NCBI GenBank assembly: GCA_951406725.2
Contig: OX597829.1
Coordinates: 48,112,001 to 48,176,000 of the forward strand
Length of the DNA stretch: 64,000 nt
Source of the DNA: Octopus vulgaris
Taxonomy: Eukaryota
Reading direction: 5' to 3'
Part shown: piece after piece, positions 1-13,017 of the stretch
Position numbering within the stretch: the stretch's first letter is position 1
Layout: every line of letters begins with the position of its first letter
Translations under genes and position numbers: made by a program
The notes under the pieces: generated by a model
What the model saw: the letters and a program-made list of their open reading frames with translations, nothing else
Databases searched by the model: none
Told to the model about the DNA's origin: nothing

Positions 1-339
1 AGGCAGATTCTTCTCTGTCTCTGGAAGAAATCTTCTGTGATCAAATCTGGAGAGGGATGGGTTCTACTAGGTTTAAAATAGACTGAATCATGCCCTGATA
101 GCACCCTTATGACTCCATCAGGATTTGTGGACCAAATGAAGGAAAGGCATACATATGACAGGCTTCTACAGAGTTTCTATCTACCAAATTCCAGTCACAC
201 AGGCTCTGGCCAAATCCAGACTATTCTAGAAGGAACATTTGTGTGAGATACCAGACAAGAGAATAAAACTATTGTAATTTCAAAGTGAACTTTTTAAAAA
301 CAGCATTTCAGATATGGAAGCAAAACCTGGAATCGAAGG

Positions 340-1060
340 ACCTTAAAGAAAAGTTATCAAAACCAAATGTTTAATAAGTAAGAAAAAAGAGAAGATCCTT
401 ACTCCACCTTCAAGAAAATGGTCATGCTCCATTTGCAAAAACAGAATCAGTATAAATTCCATAAGGTGTGTCAAGTGAAAACAATAGACAAGAGGTGTAG
501 TGGGACATGGAAGAGATGCAGTGCTGCAGCCAAACAGGAAAATTAGATTCCAGACATGGCAGGTGCACTGAGGCAATAAGCAGTAAAGAGTGCTCTGGAA
601 ATGGATACTTCCAAGCACGGGAGCAGCTTCCTAGAAGTAGTTGATAGCTTTTAATTAACTAGGTAATATAATTAGCAGCAGTAGGGGAAGATTGTATAAA
701 AGCTTGTTTGTGAAAGGCATTGCTGTGCAGTAGCAAGTCATGGATCTCAAACATGGAATACCTGCAATGACTAAAAAAGAAATGAGGCACCCATTCTTTA
801 CACTGGATCTTCGATGCTTCATGTGCTTGAACAATGAAGCATAAATATAAGAGTAATTAAATGCAGCATACGAGAAACTGATGGTATGAGCATGCAACGA
901 AGATGAAGAATGGCAGTTGCATAAGAAAGTTCTGAATGCTTAAAGCAAATAGTACTTAAAGAAGAGACGAGGAAGATTTGGTATGAGCTATGAAAAATGT
1001 TCTCTAGACATTACATCTTATGAAAAAGAATCACAGAAGCAATAAGCAGTGCTGCAGATT
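340..1060 (+). mobile_element. Highly degraded RTE-clade LINE fragments
   Basis: Broken frames around 685-745 read approximately GRLYKxCV..ALLCSSKSW, resembling the RTE post-RT motif LYKACVRSAMLYGSETW. Many stops and frameshifts. Confidence 0.4.
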
Positions 1061-1392
1061 TCATGCAAACTTCATGAAATATTTGTTAAAATAGTGGGGC
1101 AGTGCACAGGCACACACACCCTGCCTATTGCCCATTACATACCCTCACATCTCCCACTATCTTTTCTACCCACAATACTTGTTCAACAGCCTTTTTTGTC
1201 TCCTCATATCTCCCCATACAAAGCCAGCCATTATTGAAAGGAAAGCACCCAAATTCATCATATAGAGTATCTCCTGTCGTATTACCACCATCATCACCTT
1301 ATCTCTCTCCCTCCATGCATCATTCTGCCCACCCGTGTATAACATTTGGGTAGCACTGCATCTCCTCCTACTCAACCTATTCCAACATAGGG

Positions 1393-1798
1393 TGGTGAGC
1401 TGGCAGTATCATTAGCACACTGGGTGAAATGCTTAGCGGTATTTCATCTGCCATTATGTTCTGAGTTCAAATTCTGCCAAGGTCAACCTACCTTTCAGGG
1501 TCGATTAAATAAGTACCAGTTACACACTGGGGTCGATATAATCGACTTAATCCATTTGTCTGTCCTTGTTTGTCCTCTCTGTGTTTAGCCCCTTGTGGGT
1601 AGTAAAGAAATAGGTATTTCATCTGCCATTATGTTCTGAGTTCAAATTCTGCCAAGGCCGACTTTGCCTTTCATCCTCTCGGGGTCAATTAAATAAGTAC
1701 CAGTTACACACTGGGGTTGATGTAATCAACTGAATCTTTTTGTCAGTCCTTGTTTGTCCCCCTCTATGTTTAGCCCCTTGTGGGCAATAAAGAAATAA
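1393..1798 (+). mobile_element. tRNA-derived SINE (octopus OK-like), head plus two body units
   Basis: Head ggtgagctggcag..., B-box-like gagttcaaattc, tail gtttagccccttgtgggtagtaaagaaata, then a restart at ggtatttc. The same family occurs at 23063, 24590, 33490, 34465, 44745, 56678 and 60618. Confidence 0.85.
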
Positions 1799-2589
1799 AA
1801 TCTATTCCAACATCCTTTTCCTTTGCTGACACTCTCACTAACCCTCAAGAACATTGCTTCTTCCTTTTCCTTACTGCTATATCCTTCACGGTGAAGACAC
1901 ATGGCTTAATGGTTAGGATGTTGGACTCATGAATGTAAAATTATGGTTTCAATTCCTAGACTAGGCAATACATTGTATTCTTGAGAAAAAATACTTCATT
2001 TCACATTGCTACAGTTCACACAGGTGGTAAAAATGAATAATCTTACAATGGACTGACATCCCATCCAGGGAGGAATATACACACCAGGAAAACCAGGAAG
2101 CCAGCCCCTATGCTCCCTACAGAGTAATGTAGACTAACCATATCCTTCAAATATTTGTGTATTATTCTAAACTTTACCACCCTTCCTCTTTACAACAAAC
2201 TTGATTCAAGTTGGTTTTAAGAATTTAGTCATAGCAGTCTTAAATACTATACTTAATATAAACCCAGGTATTGCTGTATGGTGAGAAATTTGCCTCTCAA
2301 CCATATGGTCTCAGTTTAAGAACACCTTGGCCTACAGTGGAAGACACCTTGGACATGGTCTTCTACCATGGCCCTAGGTTAACCCACTCTAATCCTGATG
2401 AACCAAGCAACCCATGTAGAGATAAAAAGCAGACCTATCCACCCATGACTGGATCGATCTATTCAATCCACCCCATCACTCTTAACATAGTGCTAAGACT
2501 AAATTGTTAAATTAATTATAAATATTGTACTTTTTTTTTAATGGAAATTTTCAATTCTACTTTAAAAAAAAAAATTATATGAGAAGCTA

Positions 2590-2751
2590 GGTGCAGGAGT
2601 GGCTATGTGGTAAGAAGCTTGTTTCTCAACCACATGGTTCTGGATCCAGTTTCACTGCATGGCACGTTGGGCAAGTGTCTTCTACAATAGCCTCGGGCCA
2701 AGCAAAACCTTTTGAGTGGATTTGATAGATGGAAACTGTAAGAAGCTCGTC

Positions 2752-2791
<40 letters not shown>

Positions 2792-3095
2792 GGCGGTGCC
2801 CCAGCATGGCCACAGCTCGTGAGCTAAACTAGATAAAATAAAATAAAAATAAAATAAAATATATATACATACACACGTGTATGTGCGTGTTATGTGTGTC
2901 TGTTCCCCCGCCACTATCGCTTGACAACCAATGTTGGTGTGTTTACGTCCCCGTAACTTGCGGTTCGGCAAAAGACACCGATAGAATAAGTACTAAGCTT
3001 ACAAAGAATAAGTCCTGGAGACGATTCGTTCGATTAAAGGCAGTGACCCAGCATGGCCGCAGTCAGATGACTGAAGCAAGTACAAGAATACAAGA
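2590..3095 (+). mobile_element. Abundant ~400-bp tRNA-derived SINE (octopus OR-like) with internal (GT/AT)n
   Basis: ggagtggctatgtggtaagaagcttg...gcatggccgcagtcagatgactgaa. Related copies near 4380, 8345, 12240, 12440, 14226, 20490, 21883, 23915, 25530, 31105, 45985, 57885 and 60849. Confidence 0.85.
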
Positions 3096-3837
3096 ATTCA
3101 AAATGGATTAAAATATGAATTCTGGAAGTCTTTTTTTCTTCTTGTGTGAATGAAATTAACACAAGATCCAAATAATCTTATCTTTTATTTTTATCCTTGA
3201 CAGATATATTTAAAGCTAAATGTAAACGAGAAATCAAATAAAAAAAAAACTATTAAATTACTGCCCTTGTAATTTATATTGTAAAGAGTTATATCCCCTT
3301 TCAAATCTTTCGTCGAAGAGTTATCTACTCATAACATTAGTTTGGTTTTTTGGGGTTTTTTTTCCTTTTAACTTCAGTTACATTTTTCTATTTATTTTAT
3401 CGGCAAATGATCCGTTTAAAGGATGTCTGGAAGGCAGAATCAGTAAGAAAACCCTGTAGCATTTCATTTTATGCCCTCTCAGCTCAGATTTTGGAGCAGT
3501 TTTGGAATGGCTATCAGGGAAAGAAGAGTAAAAATTAGGTGATGGTTTTTTTTCATAAAATAATAATAAAATAAAAATTAGCTGTTATTAGTGACCATAG
3601 TATAATTAGTTCAGTACGGCATTCTGTACGTCTTACTTAGCGTAGATATACTGTATAAAGCCACAACATTGCAGTATTCGCCTAGAGAAAACATCTTGTA
3701 TAGACGTAGTAGCGATGCTATTGTAAAGACTGTGTGATGTGAGGTGGACAAGAATGGTTCTTTTGTATCACATCACACGATAGTTACAATAAAGGGGAAT
3801 TAAATAGAACAAATTAAATAGACACAACCGCGTAAGA

Positions 3838-4225
3838 TGATGATGATGGAAGCACTCCGTCGGTTACGACGATGAGGGTTCCGGTTGATCCGAATCAACG
3901 GAACAGCCTGCTCGTGAAAAATTAACGTGTAAGTGGCTGAGCACTCCACAGACACGTGTACCCTTAACGTAGTTCTCGGGGATATTCAGCGTGACACAGA
4001 GAGTGACAAGGCCGGCCCCTTGAAATACAGGTACAACAGAAACAGGAAGTAAGAGTGAGAGAAAGTTGTGGTGAAAGAGTACAGCAGGGTTCACCACCAT
4101 CCTCTGCCGGAGCCTCGTGGAGCTTTAGGCTCAATAAACACTCACAACGCCCGGTCTGAGAATCGAAACCGCGATCCTATGACCGCGAGTTCACTGCCCT
4201 AACCACTGGGCCATTGCACCTCCAC
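3838..4225 (-). mobile_element. Young full-length tRNA-derived SINE with 13-bp target-site duplication
   Basis: Minus-strand head with A box tggcccagtggtt and B-box-like gtttcgattc, (ATC)n tail, CpG-rich body. Flanking direct repeat caaccgcgtaaga at 3825-3837 and 4226-4238. Related heads at 16690 and 47010. Confidence 0.9.
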
Positions 4226-4679
4226 CAACCGCGTAAGAATGATTAAGAGAACATTAATATATATTTAATGAAAGTCTTGAAATTTCATTGACGGAGAGAG
4301 ACATCATAAAGGGAAGCAACTCTAATTTTATCTTCGCATGAGCAAATTTTGACTGAAAATTTGTCAAAAATTGACTCTGTTGTAGCATGGCTTTGTGACA
4401 AGAAGCTTGCTTCTCGACCACGTGGTTCTGGCTTCAGTTCTATCTCGCTACACACTCGGCAAAATGACCTACTACAGTGCGTTCCGACCATAGCCTTGTG
4501 AGCGGATTTGTCAGATGGAAACTGGAAGAAGCCTGCCGTGTGTGTGTGTGTGTTGAAATAGATGGACGAAAATAGTTCACAGTGGTTGCTCTAAAGAGAA
4601 AGAAAAAAAGCACAAAAAGATCAAGAGAAAGCTTAGAAAGAACGAACCAATAGAAAATGAAGTAGTATTGATTTTCACG

Positions 4680-4998
4680 TATGCAATGGTCAAGTCATGC
4701 AGGCCTGGTCAGCCATTAAAGGAGCCACTGGAACTGACCCCTTGAAAATTATGATACAGCTATTGTTCACAATGGAACGTGTGCAGCCTATGGAAAGGTG
4801 TGCCTTTCAACTGCAGGATTGAAAAAACATGTCAAAAGACTTAATATTGTGACACCTGCTCCCTCTGCCTGCCAGCACATTATGTGCAAATCTTTGGCCA
4901 GGCTCAAGAGTCATACAAGGGCCTCACATTGCATTACCAATGACTCGTTTCAATGGTTCTTTCTAGCTATGGTTTTGCTTGTATACAAGGAAGCAGCC
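4680..4998 (+). mobile_element. Degenerate LINE 3' end (RTE-like) with two C2H2-like fingers
   Basis: Reads CAAYGKVCLSTAGLKKHVK...CQHIMCKSLARLKSHTRASH, matching the GLxSH.R.H finger at RTE-BovB C-termini. Short 3' tail follows. Confidence 0.55.
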
Positions 4999-5029
4999 AA
5001 TATATATATATATTATTATTATTATTATT

Positions 5030-5530
5030 ATATGTAGAAAAATACAAACTGGGACAAGAATGCAAAAACACTTAGAAGACGATACAGAAAACACGGGACG
5101 GGACATTCGAAGCCCTCCATCTTCAGTCAAGAACCGGATCATCATAGCAATTTCGGCTGATTAATCTTGAGATCACTCCAATCCGGCCAGCCCCAAGGAA
5201 AAACCAAGCTACGAGCATTAGATTTCTTGGAAGAAGGATCGAATGTATACGAAATAGGGACAGGAAAACAGACGATGCCACATGAATATAAAATACAAAA
5301 AACAATAATGAAATAAAAAAAACAAAAATGAAATACAAAACAAAAATGGTAAAAACAGGACGAAAACAGCAGGTGTCTTACGACTAATAACAGTACAAGT
5401 TTAGCTGGCGTATTTTGGAAAAAATGCCTTTTCAGCAGACAAAGACAACAATGTTCTCACGGCGCTGGTCGGAGGCCAAAAGGCTGATTTGGCCAGCAGT
5501 CACATGACGGAAAAGAGAGAAAAGAAAGGG
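5030..5530 (-). repeat. Unclassified interspersed repeat (possibly a Penelope-like terminus)
   Basis: Reverse complement matches 47390-47680 and 48200-48475 (aatctaatgctc..agct..ggggctggcc.gattggag...cagccgaaat...gactgaaga). Confidence 0.55.
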
Positions 5531-5929
5531 GATATATATATATATTACTTAAAATTAGATAGCCCAAACACAAGCAATATGGAGCTATGGCAAAGATGGT
5601 CACAGTCCAATGACAAAAGATATCCTCCACTAAACATTTGATTTGCCAGGAACCAATGTGAAATTTAGCAAATGTGGTGTGAAGGTGATTGGATCAACCC
5701 CGATGCACAACCAACTTTTAACCGATTCCACAATGACAGAAATGTAAACAAACAACAATATTTAAACCCAAAACATAAAAAGAAAACTAAATATTTTAAG
5801 GAAGGAGTCAGCAACCACCAGGGTGTGGATCATTTTATACTGGTCTGCACAGAGGGAATAAATTTTTTTATTTTATTTCTATTTTATTGACTCCAAAAGT
5901 CTACAGTGTATTTTTTAAGCATTGTGTAA

Positions 5930-6185
5930 ATCATCGTCATCATTTAACGTCCATTTCCCATGCTAGCATGGGTTGGACGGTTGACTGGGGTCTGGGAAGC
6001 CAGGAGGCTGCACCAAGTTGCAGTCTGATCTGGAAGTGTTTCTACAGCTGGATGCCCTTCCTAAACGCCAACCACTCTGTGAGTGTAGTGGGTGCTTTTT
6101 ACATGCCACCAGCATTGAAGCCAGTCAAGGCAGTGCTGGCATCGACCATGTTCGGATGGTTCTTTTTATGTGCCACCGGCACATA
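5930..6185 (-). mobile_element. RTE-type 3' end or RTE-tailed SINE with (GAT)n tail
   Basis: catttaacgtcc..ttccatgctagcatgggttggacgg...ctggatgcccttcctaa. Copies near 15450, 16100, 19050, 20900, 21400, 56530, 58320, 59370, 59980 and 62200. Confidence 0.75.
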
Positions 6186-6302
6186 AGAGAGCCCGCTGTG
6201 GACAATAGTATTCAAGGTGGGGTCAGGCAAAAGTAGAGCAGAGAAGGATGGCAGTGTGAGCATCTCTAGACCAGAAGGTTCTCAAAATCTAGGAGCACAT
6301 CT

Positions 6303-6303
<1 letters not shown>

Positions 6304-6342
<39 letters not shown>

Positions 6343-6367
6343 TGTATGTATGTATGTGTATATGTAT

Positions 6368-6424
<57 letters not shown>
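6304..6424. repeat. (TG)n/(TA)n compound microsatellite
   Basis: Directly visible dinucleotide runs. Confidence 0.95.
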
Positions 6425-7086
6425 TGTTCTAAGATAAAAGAATTTTACAAAAAAGTACTCGATCTGGTGAGAGATAAATATTATCTATTTAAAGGTGCCA
6501 ATACATGTCTTTAGGAGCTACTAATAGTTTCATATGTTAAGAAATACTCATATATACACTAGCCTGAATGCCACCTGAGAGGTTAGTTAACTACAAAATG
6601 TAAATCTCCACACTACCACACCTGAAACGTACCTGTTATAAACTTTTTATCTCGATTTGAATGTACGTAAAGGTATTTAGAATCCCCAAACTTATTTCTG
6701 CAAATGTACTAAGTACTGATGCTGATCAAAAAGCGTAGGAGCAAGGTAAACGCAGTAAAAATAGGTGGTGTCAGTGGGGGGCCCCATTTAAGCAGCTCTT
6801 CAGAAATTGAACCTCCTTACAATACTCCCTGGGAGTTTATGGTATGAAATTCATTGTCATTGTTTTGATTTGGTCACTAATGCCATGTATTTTGTTTAAA
6901 ATGCAGTAAAAATAGTGAGGTAAGTGGGCGCCCCAACTAGGTGGCCTTTAAAAAAATAGACCCCCTTAGGACATTCCCTGGGATTAGGGGAGTTGTTGGT
7001 TTGAGTTTCATTGTCTTTGCACCAACAGTCTAGGAGGAGTTAACAAACAAATGTAACAGACAGAAGCATTACACAAATTTATAATA

Positions 7087-7136
<50 letters not shown>

Positions 7137-7336
7137 TTTTACTTGTTTCGGTCATTTTGATTGTGATCATGCTGGAGCACAACCTTTTGGTCAAAGAAAT
7201 CAACCCCTGAAAGAAACTGAAAGAAGTCCTGGGGTTGATTTCCTCGACTAAAGGCAATGCTCCAGCATGGCCGCAGTCAAATGACTGAAACAAGTAAAAG
7301 AGTAAAAAAGCAAAATGTTAATATCATGTACATTAC

Positions 7337-7556
7337 CGTTTATCTGTGCCTCAATAAAACCAGCACTAATTATGGCACCTTTACAATCAATTTGTTCGTC
7401 AGCAATAACTCTCTCATCAAAGAAGACTTTTTCTGGGTTAACAATTTTTCCATCTTGGCACCACAAGTCCTCTCTTATAAGATCATTATCAGCAATAATT
7501 CTACAGTTTTGGAACTGAAGATATGGAGCGCAATCACGAGTGCCTTTCTGCACCAT
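7337..7556 (-). CDS. AMDHD2: N-acetylglucosamine-6-phosphate deacetylase (AMDHD2/NagA), first coding exon
   Basis: MVQKGTRDCAPYLQFQNCRIIADNDLIREDLWCQDGKIVNPEKVFFDERVIADEQIDCKGAIISAGFIEAQING closely matches the AMDHD2 N-terminus (LQFTNCRIL...REDLWV..G.I.DPEKLFFEERR.AD...DC.G...PGFIDVQING). Acceptor tttttcag lies 12 nt before the ATG (exon starts at 7568). Donor G|gtaatg at 7336, phase 1. No downstream exon was found in 1-7336. Confidence 0.95.
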
Positions 7557-9092
7557 TGTAAATAAATTCTGAAAAATAAAAATAAATTTCTTAAGATAGT
7601 GCATGATATTTGAAGAAAGAATTAAAAATAAAAAATTGTCATTTTTCTCAGAATTCAATACTTATAGTTTTTCAATATTAAGTTTGTTCAGAATTCTCTC
7701 AAACCATAACCCAGCTTAAAATCTTAATTTCAGTGTTACCACATCAAGGAAGTTATTAAAGAAGTTCCATACCAGCAACATACCAGATATTAAGCATATA
7801 AGACCTGTTCTTATGAACAGGTCTTTGCCAAAAAGACCAAAGAGATTTTATTGTTATTTGATTTGTGAGAACTATCAACCGAATTCTCATTTTTACTCAA
7901 ACACCTCGACAATTTAACAAGGGATCAATAATGTCCTCTGTGTGGTCTCTTGACCTACAAGACATAGCAACCAAGTCACCATTTTATCACTATCTATAAG
8001 AAAAAAAAAAAGACCTGAGGAACATCTGATAACAACATCATTTACAATAGACCTGCCCAAGCAAGACTGACAACAAGAAACATGGACAAATATTTCATAT
8101 ATTCATCCAATATTCTACAGCTTTAAAAATATGGAAAAATTATAGTAGTTTCAGACAATCTGTTAGGTGTTCACAAGAACAGGAAAAAACAGTACAGGAC
8201 TGAAAATAATTAAAATAAATTAATAGCTGTTACGTGAACTGAAAGTGTGATGCTTTGTTGTGGTGATCCATAAGGTCAATGAAACTAGATATGTTAGTAA
8301 TGGAGACTCGTAGGTTATTTAACCTAAATAACTGATAGACGAAGGCATAGTTATCTGTTAAGAAGCTTGCTTTCCAACCACATGGTTCCAGGTTCAGTCC
8401 TACTGTGTGGCACCTTGGGCAAGTGTCTTCTACTATAGCCTCAGGCCGACCAAAGCCTTTTGAATGGATTTGGTAGATGGAAACTAAAAGACTGTCGTAT
8501 ATGTGTGTGTGTGTATACACACACACACACACACACACATTCCATGTGTGTATGTGTCTGTGTTTATCTCCCCACCACCATCACCAGTTGACAACTCGTG
8601 TTGGTGTGTTTGCATCCCTGTAACTTAGCAGTTCAGCAAAAGAGACCAATAGAATAAGTACTAGGCTTAAAAAAAACAAGTCCTAGCATTGAATTGTTCA
8701 GCTAAGACTCTTCAAGGTAGTGCTCCAGCATGGCTGCAGTCAAATGATTGAAACAAGTAAAAGGATAAAAGAATAAAAATAAAGTACCAGCATTAATTTG
8801 GTAAAGAAGCATCATGGGTGTACACATAGTTTGAAATTATTTTCTTAATATCATTTTCTATTGTTTCAAACCAAGTCTAATGACTTTCACAGGACTAACA
8901 GACTAAATTAGAATTTGAGACAGGTCTAATGATCTGGTATTGACACCAAGGAAAGGATAAATTAGTTGAGATATGGTAAAATGTGACTTAGGAATATTAT
9001 GCACAAAACGTGTTTGTGTATGTGTGCCTACAAACATATATCTATTTGGTATTCATTTTACACCCAATTTTTCTATGCTAGCATATGATAGG

Positions 9093-9428
9093 TAAAAGGT
9101 AAAGACTCCCTTCAGTCATGACTGACCATGGGATTGAACCTAGAAAGTTCCCCTCCTAGGCACAAGTCTGGGTAAAGTTGTTTATGGGAGACCAGCAGTC
9201 ACCCATGCATACCAGCCTCCCCTCTTCATGCCACTGATGTTATCCAAGGGAAAGGCAAAGGGGCCGACACAGCTTGGCACCTATGACGTCGCAACTCATT
9301 TCTACAGATGAATGAGCTGGAGCAACATGAAATAAAGTGTCTTGCTCAAGAACACAACACACAGCCTGGTCTGGGAATTGAACTCACTACTTCATGAATG
9401 TAAGCCTGACACTAACCAGAGCCATGCA
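9093..9428 (-). mobile_element. tRNA-derived SINE with conserved central domain and LINE-like tail
   Basis: Minus-strand head, then ttgtgttcttgagcaagacactt, and tail catggtcagtcatgactgaagggagtctttacc. A second copy lies at 17495-17828 and a partial one at 60180-60345. Confidence 0.8.
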
Positions 9429-9649
9429 CTAACATAGTTAAATACATATTGCTGCAGCATATTTTTATAGCTACATGCCCCTCCAGTTTTGTTACCCGTT
9501 TTCCAAGTAAATACACACATGCATGTGTGTATGTATATATATATATATGGGTGTATGTGTAAAAACATACATTACATAAACGTGAGTGCATTGCGTGCGT
9601 GTGCGTGTGCGCGTGTGTACACACATATAAAATGATCATAATCATTTAA

Positions 9650-9871
9650 CCCTTTCGTTACTGGATTTATTTTGAGATGCTCTGTGTTTCTTTCAATTAA
9701 TTTTAAATATAACAAAGAATTTAGTGAAATAACTTAGTTATCATTCAGCCAGTGTTAGAAACATAAATTGTGACTAAGGTTTGGTGGAAGATTTTAATTC
9801 AAAACTTATAAAAATGAGACATTTGTACTACAGAGCCAGAACCGGTTTCAGCTGGGTTAGTAATGAAAGGG
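9650..9871. mobile_element. piggyBac-type MITE
   Basis: TTAA|ccctttcgttac ... gtaatgaaaggg|TTAA. A near-identical copy is at 49871-50089. Confidence 0.9.
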
Positions 9872-10689
9872 TTAATGGTCATGTTCTTTACATGGATTAG
9901 ACAGATTGATAAGCATGGATTAGACAGATTAACAGGATTCAATAGATCCAAGAACTACATCATACTCCAATGTTTACTTCAACATGGTTTCTATGGCCAG
10001 ATCACCTTCCTAATGAAGCACACAGCTTATGTGTTTGAATTAATTTTCAATTACTCATTGCATTGCAGCTATGCTAGGGTGAAACTTTCAAATCATTATT
10101 ATTTAATGTTTGTTTTCCATACCTGCATGGGTAGGATAGTTCAATTGGAATTGGCAAGCCAGAAGATTTCATCAAGTTCTGCTGTCTATTTTGGCTTGGT
10201 TTTCAATAGCTGGAGACCCCCATCCAACACCAACCACTTTACAGTGTGTACTGGGTGTTTGTTTACAAGGCACCAGTAGCAGTGAGGTAGCCATTTAGCT
10301 TGCAAGACTAAGACCCCCTTTGACTGAGTGGGGCTACAGCAGTGAGGGGAGTAGCTTTATGATAGATGAAGGGCTAAAGTATGAGAGACAATGATAGAGC
10401 TGAACAGGCTTCTTGCTGCAGAAACACTACAAGGCTACAAATATTTTGAGAGACAGCGAGACAGTGGCAGTGACCAAGGTGAATTTGTAAAGAGATTAAA
10501 AAACATGGGGTGACAAGGAGTCAGGATGTTACCACAAAGTACATAGACATGAACAGGACAAAAGAACAGGGAGTAAGAGATATGTGAGAATGAGAAATGG
10601 TTAGAGATGGAATATGTAGTTGAACAAATACAATGAATGAAGAACAAATGTTGAGGGATGAAAAATATATGTTGAAGAGAAGGTAGGAA

Positions 10690-11130
10690 AGTGTAGGTGA
10701 CAACTTTAGAATTCCGGTAAGGTGAATATGTATAAATGCACACACGTTGCAATCGAGAAGTTGAACCTCAGTAACCTTTTTGCGTGCAGTTTGTGACAGA
10801 CCATGCCTTTCTTTTGCTGGGCTAAAATCTCATTTTCGAACTCATGGAAAACAAACCTCTACCAACTATTCTGCCTATATGTCTGTGCTCACCTTTCAAT
10901 GCCGTGTATGCCATAAGGTCTACAATTCTAACAGAGACCTCAAAAGACATTTCAAGATCCACAAAGATCAGGGCTTAACTGCAACTCTTTGTGGTCCAAA
11001 TTGGATATGCAATGTATGTGGGTGTCTTTTCAAAACATTGTCTGGTTTAAAAAGCCACATCAGATGCCATGATGAATCCAAAGTGTAAGTACAGGAGGTG
11101 GTCAGACTCTGCATAAGGAGTAGGCAACCT
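10690..11130 (+). mobile_element. LINE 3' end (RTE-like) encoding three tandem C2H2 zinc fingers
   Basis: ORF 10780-11088: AVCDRPCLSFAGLKSHFRTH, CRVCHKVYNSNRDLKRHFKIH, CNVCGCLFKTLSGLKSHIRCH. No TGEKP linkers, upstream frameshift, short tail after the stop. Confidence 0.65.
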
Positions 11131-11142
11131 CCATATTTGTAT

Positions 11143-11192
<50 letters not shown>

Positions 11193-11749
11193 TAGCAGCC
11201 AAGCCCAGTTTCACCCAGTTGGTTTGGATGATATAGCTGTAAAACCTCTCCTGTGTAAGCATTCGACTTGTTTGGGCACGCTTACCGTAAAAAACAATTT
11301 TAGAATGACCTTTTCTATCAAAACACTAAAAATCACTAGCAACCAAGATTCAACCAAATCAAAAAAATAAACCCAAATATTCAGTGAAAAAAGATGAACC
11401 ATTCCACTTCCATTGTGCACACACACGTACAAACACACACACATTCCCCATTTTTACATATACACACATATATTCACACAGAGTTGAAACACTGATTTAT
11501 TTTTTCAGCATACAATTTTCATCATCCCACTACCAAGTATTCATCTATCACCCCTTCCTTTCTCATTCATAAACACAAGAGTATTATTATAGTAGATTAT
11601 GTCGGTAACCATGGGAGCTATGAAAAAATACAAAGCCCAGCAACACCACCAGATCATTCTACACATATTTGTAATTTTTCGCGCAATTCCACCCAGCCAT
11701 TTGACCGTGAATCCCAAGACAAGAAAGAATTGCCTGTGTCAAATTTATA

Positions 11750-12225
11750 TGTTGACTACCTTCAAAAGGGACACACCATCAATGGAGAATAGCTTGTCAA
11801 ATTGCTGAGGCCTTTATGAAAGGCTATGAAGACCAAATGCCCAGAAAAATTGACAAAATGGTATTTTTTTCATCAGGACAATGCTCTAACACACACAAGT
11901 CCTTGTTTTCAATGGCTGCTGAGTGTGACTGTGGCTTTGAAATGGTTGAATACCCTCTCCATTCTCCTGATTTGGTCCCATCTGACAATCATCTGTTCTC
12001 CGACATGAAAAACCACTCATCCAGGAAGCGGTACTGCTGTGATGGTGACAGCATATCTGCTGTTGATTACTTTTTTGATCAACAGGATGAAATCTTTACT
12101 AATGGGATCCAAGCACTGCAATACTGATGGAACAAGTGTGTGGCCCACAAGCAGGACTATGTTGGAAAAAAATAAACATCATTTGGTCATTTTCCATGAG
12201 AATGTCTAAGTTAGCATATGAACTT
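11750..12225 (+). mobile_element. Mariner transposase remnant (catalytic domain, 3' half)
   Basis: DYLQKGHTING, FFHQDNA, HSPDLVPSDNHLF (YSPDLAPSD motif) and WNKCV...DYV, spread over frameshifted ORFs 11816 and 11826. Confidence 0.9.
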
Positions 12226-13017
12226 TTCTCCTACACACACACATGGTGGGCTTCCACAGTTTCCATCTACCAAATTCACTCACAAGGTATTTATCATCCA
12301 GGGTATAGCAAGAGACTCTTGCCCAAGAAGCCATGCAGTGAGATGGAACCTAAAACCATCTGGTTGCAAACTGAGCTCCTTAACCACACAGCCATGCCTG
12401 TGTCTATATTTTAAATATATGCAATTCCTTTTTATTCTTTTACCTACTTCAGTGGCCATACTGGAGCACTGCCTTAAAGGGTTTCTTTAGTTGAAGGAAT
12501 CAATACTTGGACTTATTTTACCAGTCTTATTCTACTAGTTCTTATTCTACCAGTCTCTCCCACCAAACTGCTGTTACAGGGACGTAAACACACCATCATC
12601 GGTTGTTAAGCAATGGTGGTGGGAACACACACACACACAATCACATACATATAGATGGGCACAAAAGGCTTCTTTCGGTTTCTGTCCACCAAATCCACAG
12701 ACAAGACTTTGGTCGGCCCAGGGTTATAGTAGAAGACACTTGTCCAAGGTGCCACACAGTGGGACTGAACCAGGAACCATGTGGTTCGGAAGCAAGCTTC
12801 TTACCACACAGTCAGAATAAATTTTCAACACAACATTTGGTGAGTTTAAAATACGAGTATGAGACATTGTGTTATCAGTGAATAGAAACACGATAGAAGA
12901 AAAACCAGGACTTATTACAATTTCATTACGTAAGTTCTTGCGTTTTTTTTATCAAATTTCAGTAAAAATTAACAGGGAGAGTTAATCCACACAAGTGTCT
13001 AAAAAGAGACTTATGAT

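Noticed and set aside
1-7336. Search for the next AMDHD2 exon (GxDFS...GVTSFCPT)
   Set aside because: No matching minus-strand frame was seen. It probably lies outside the window.
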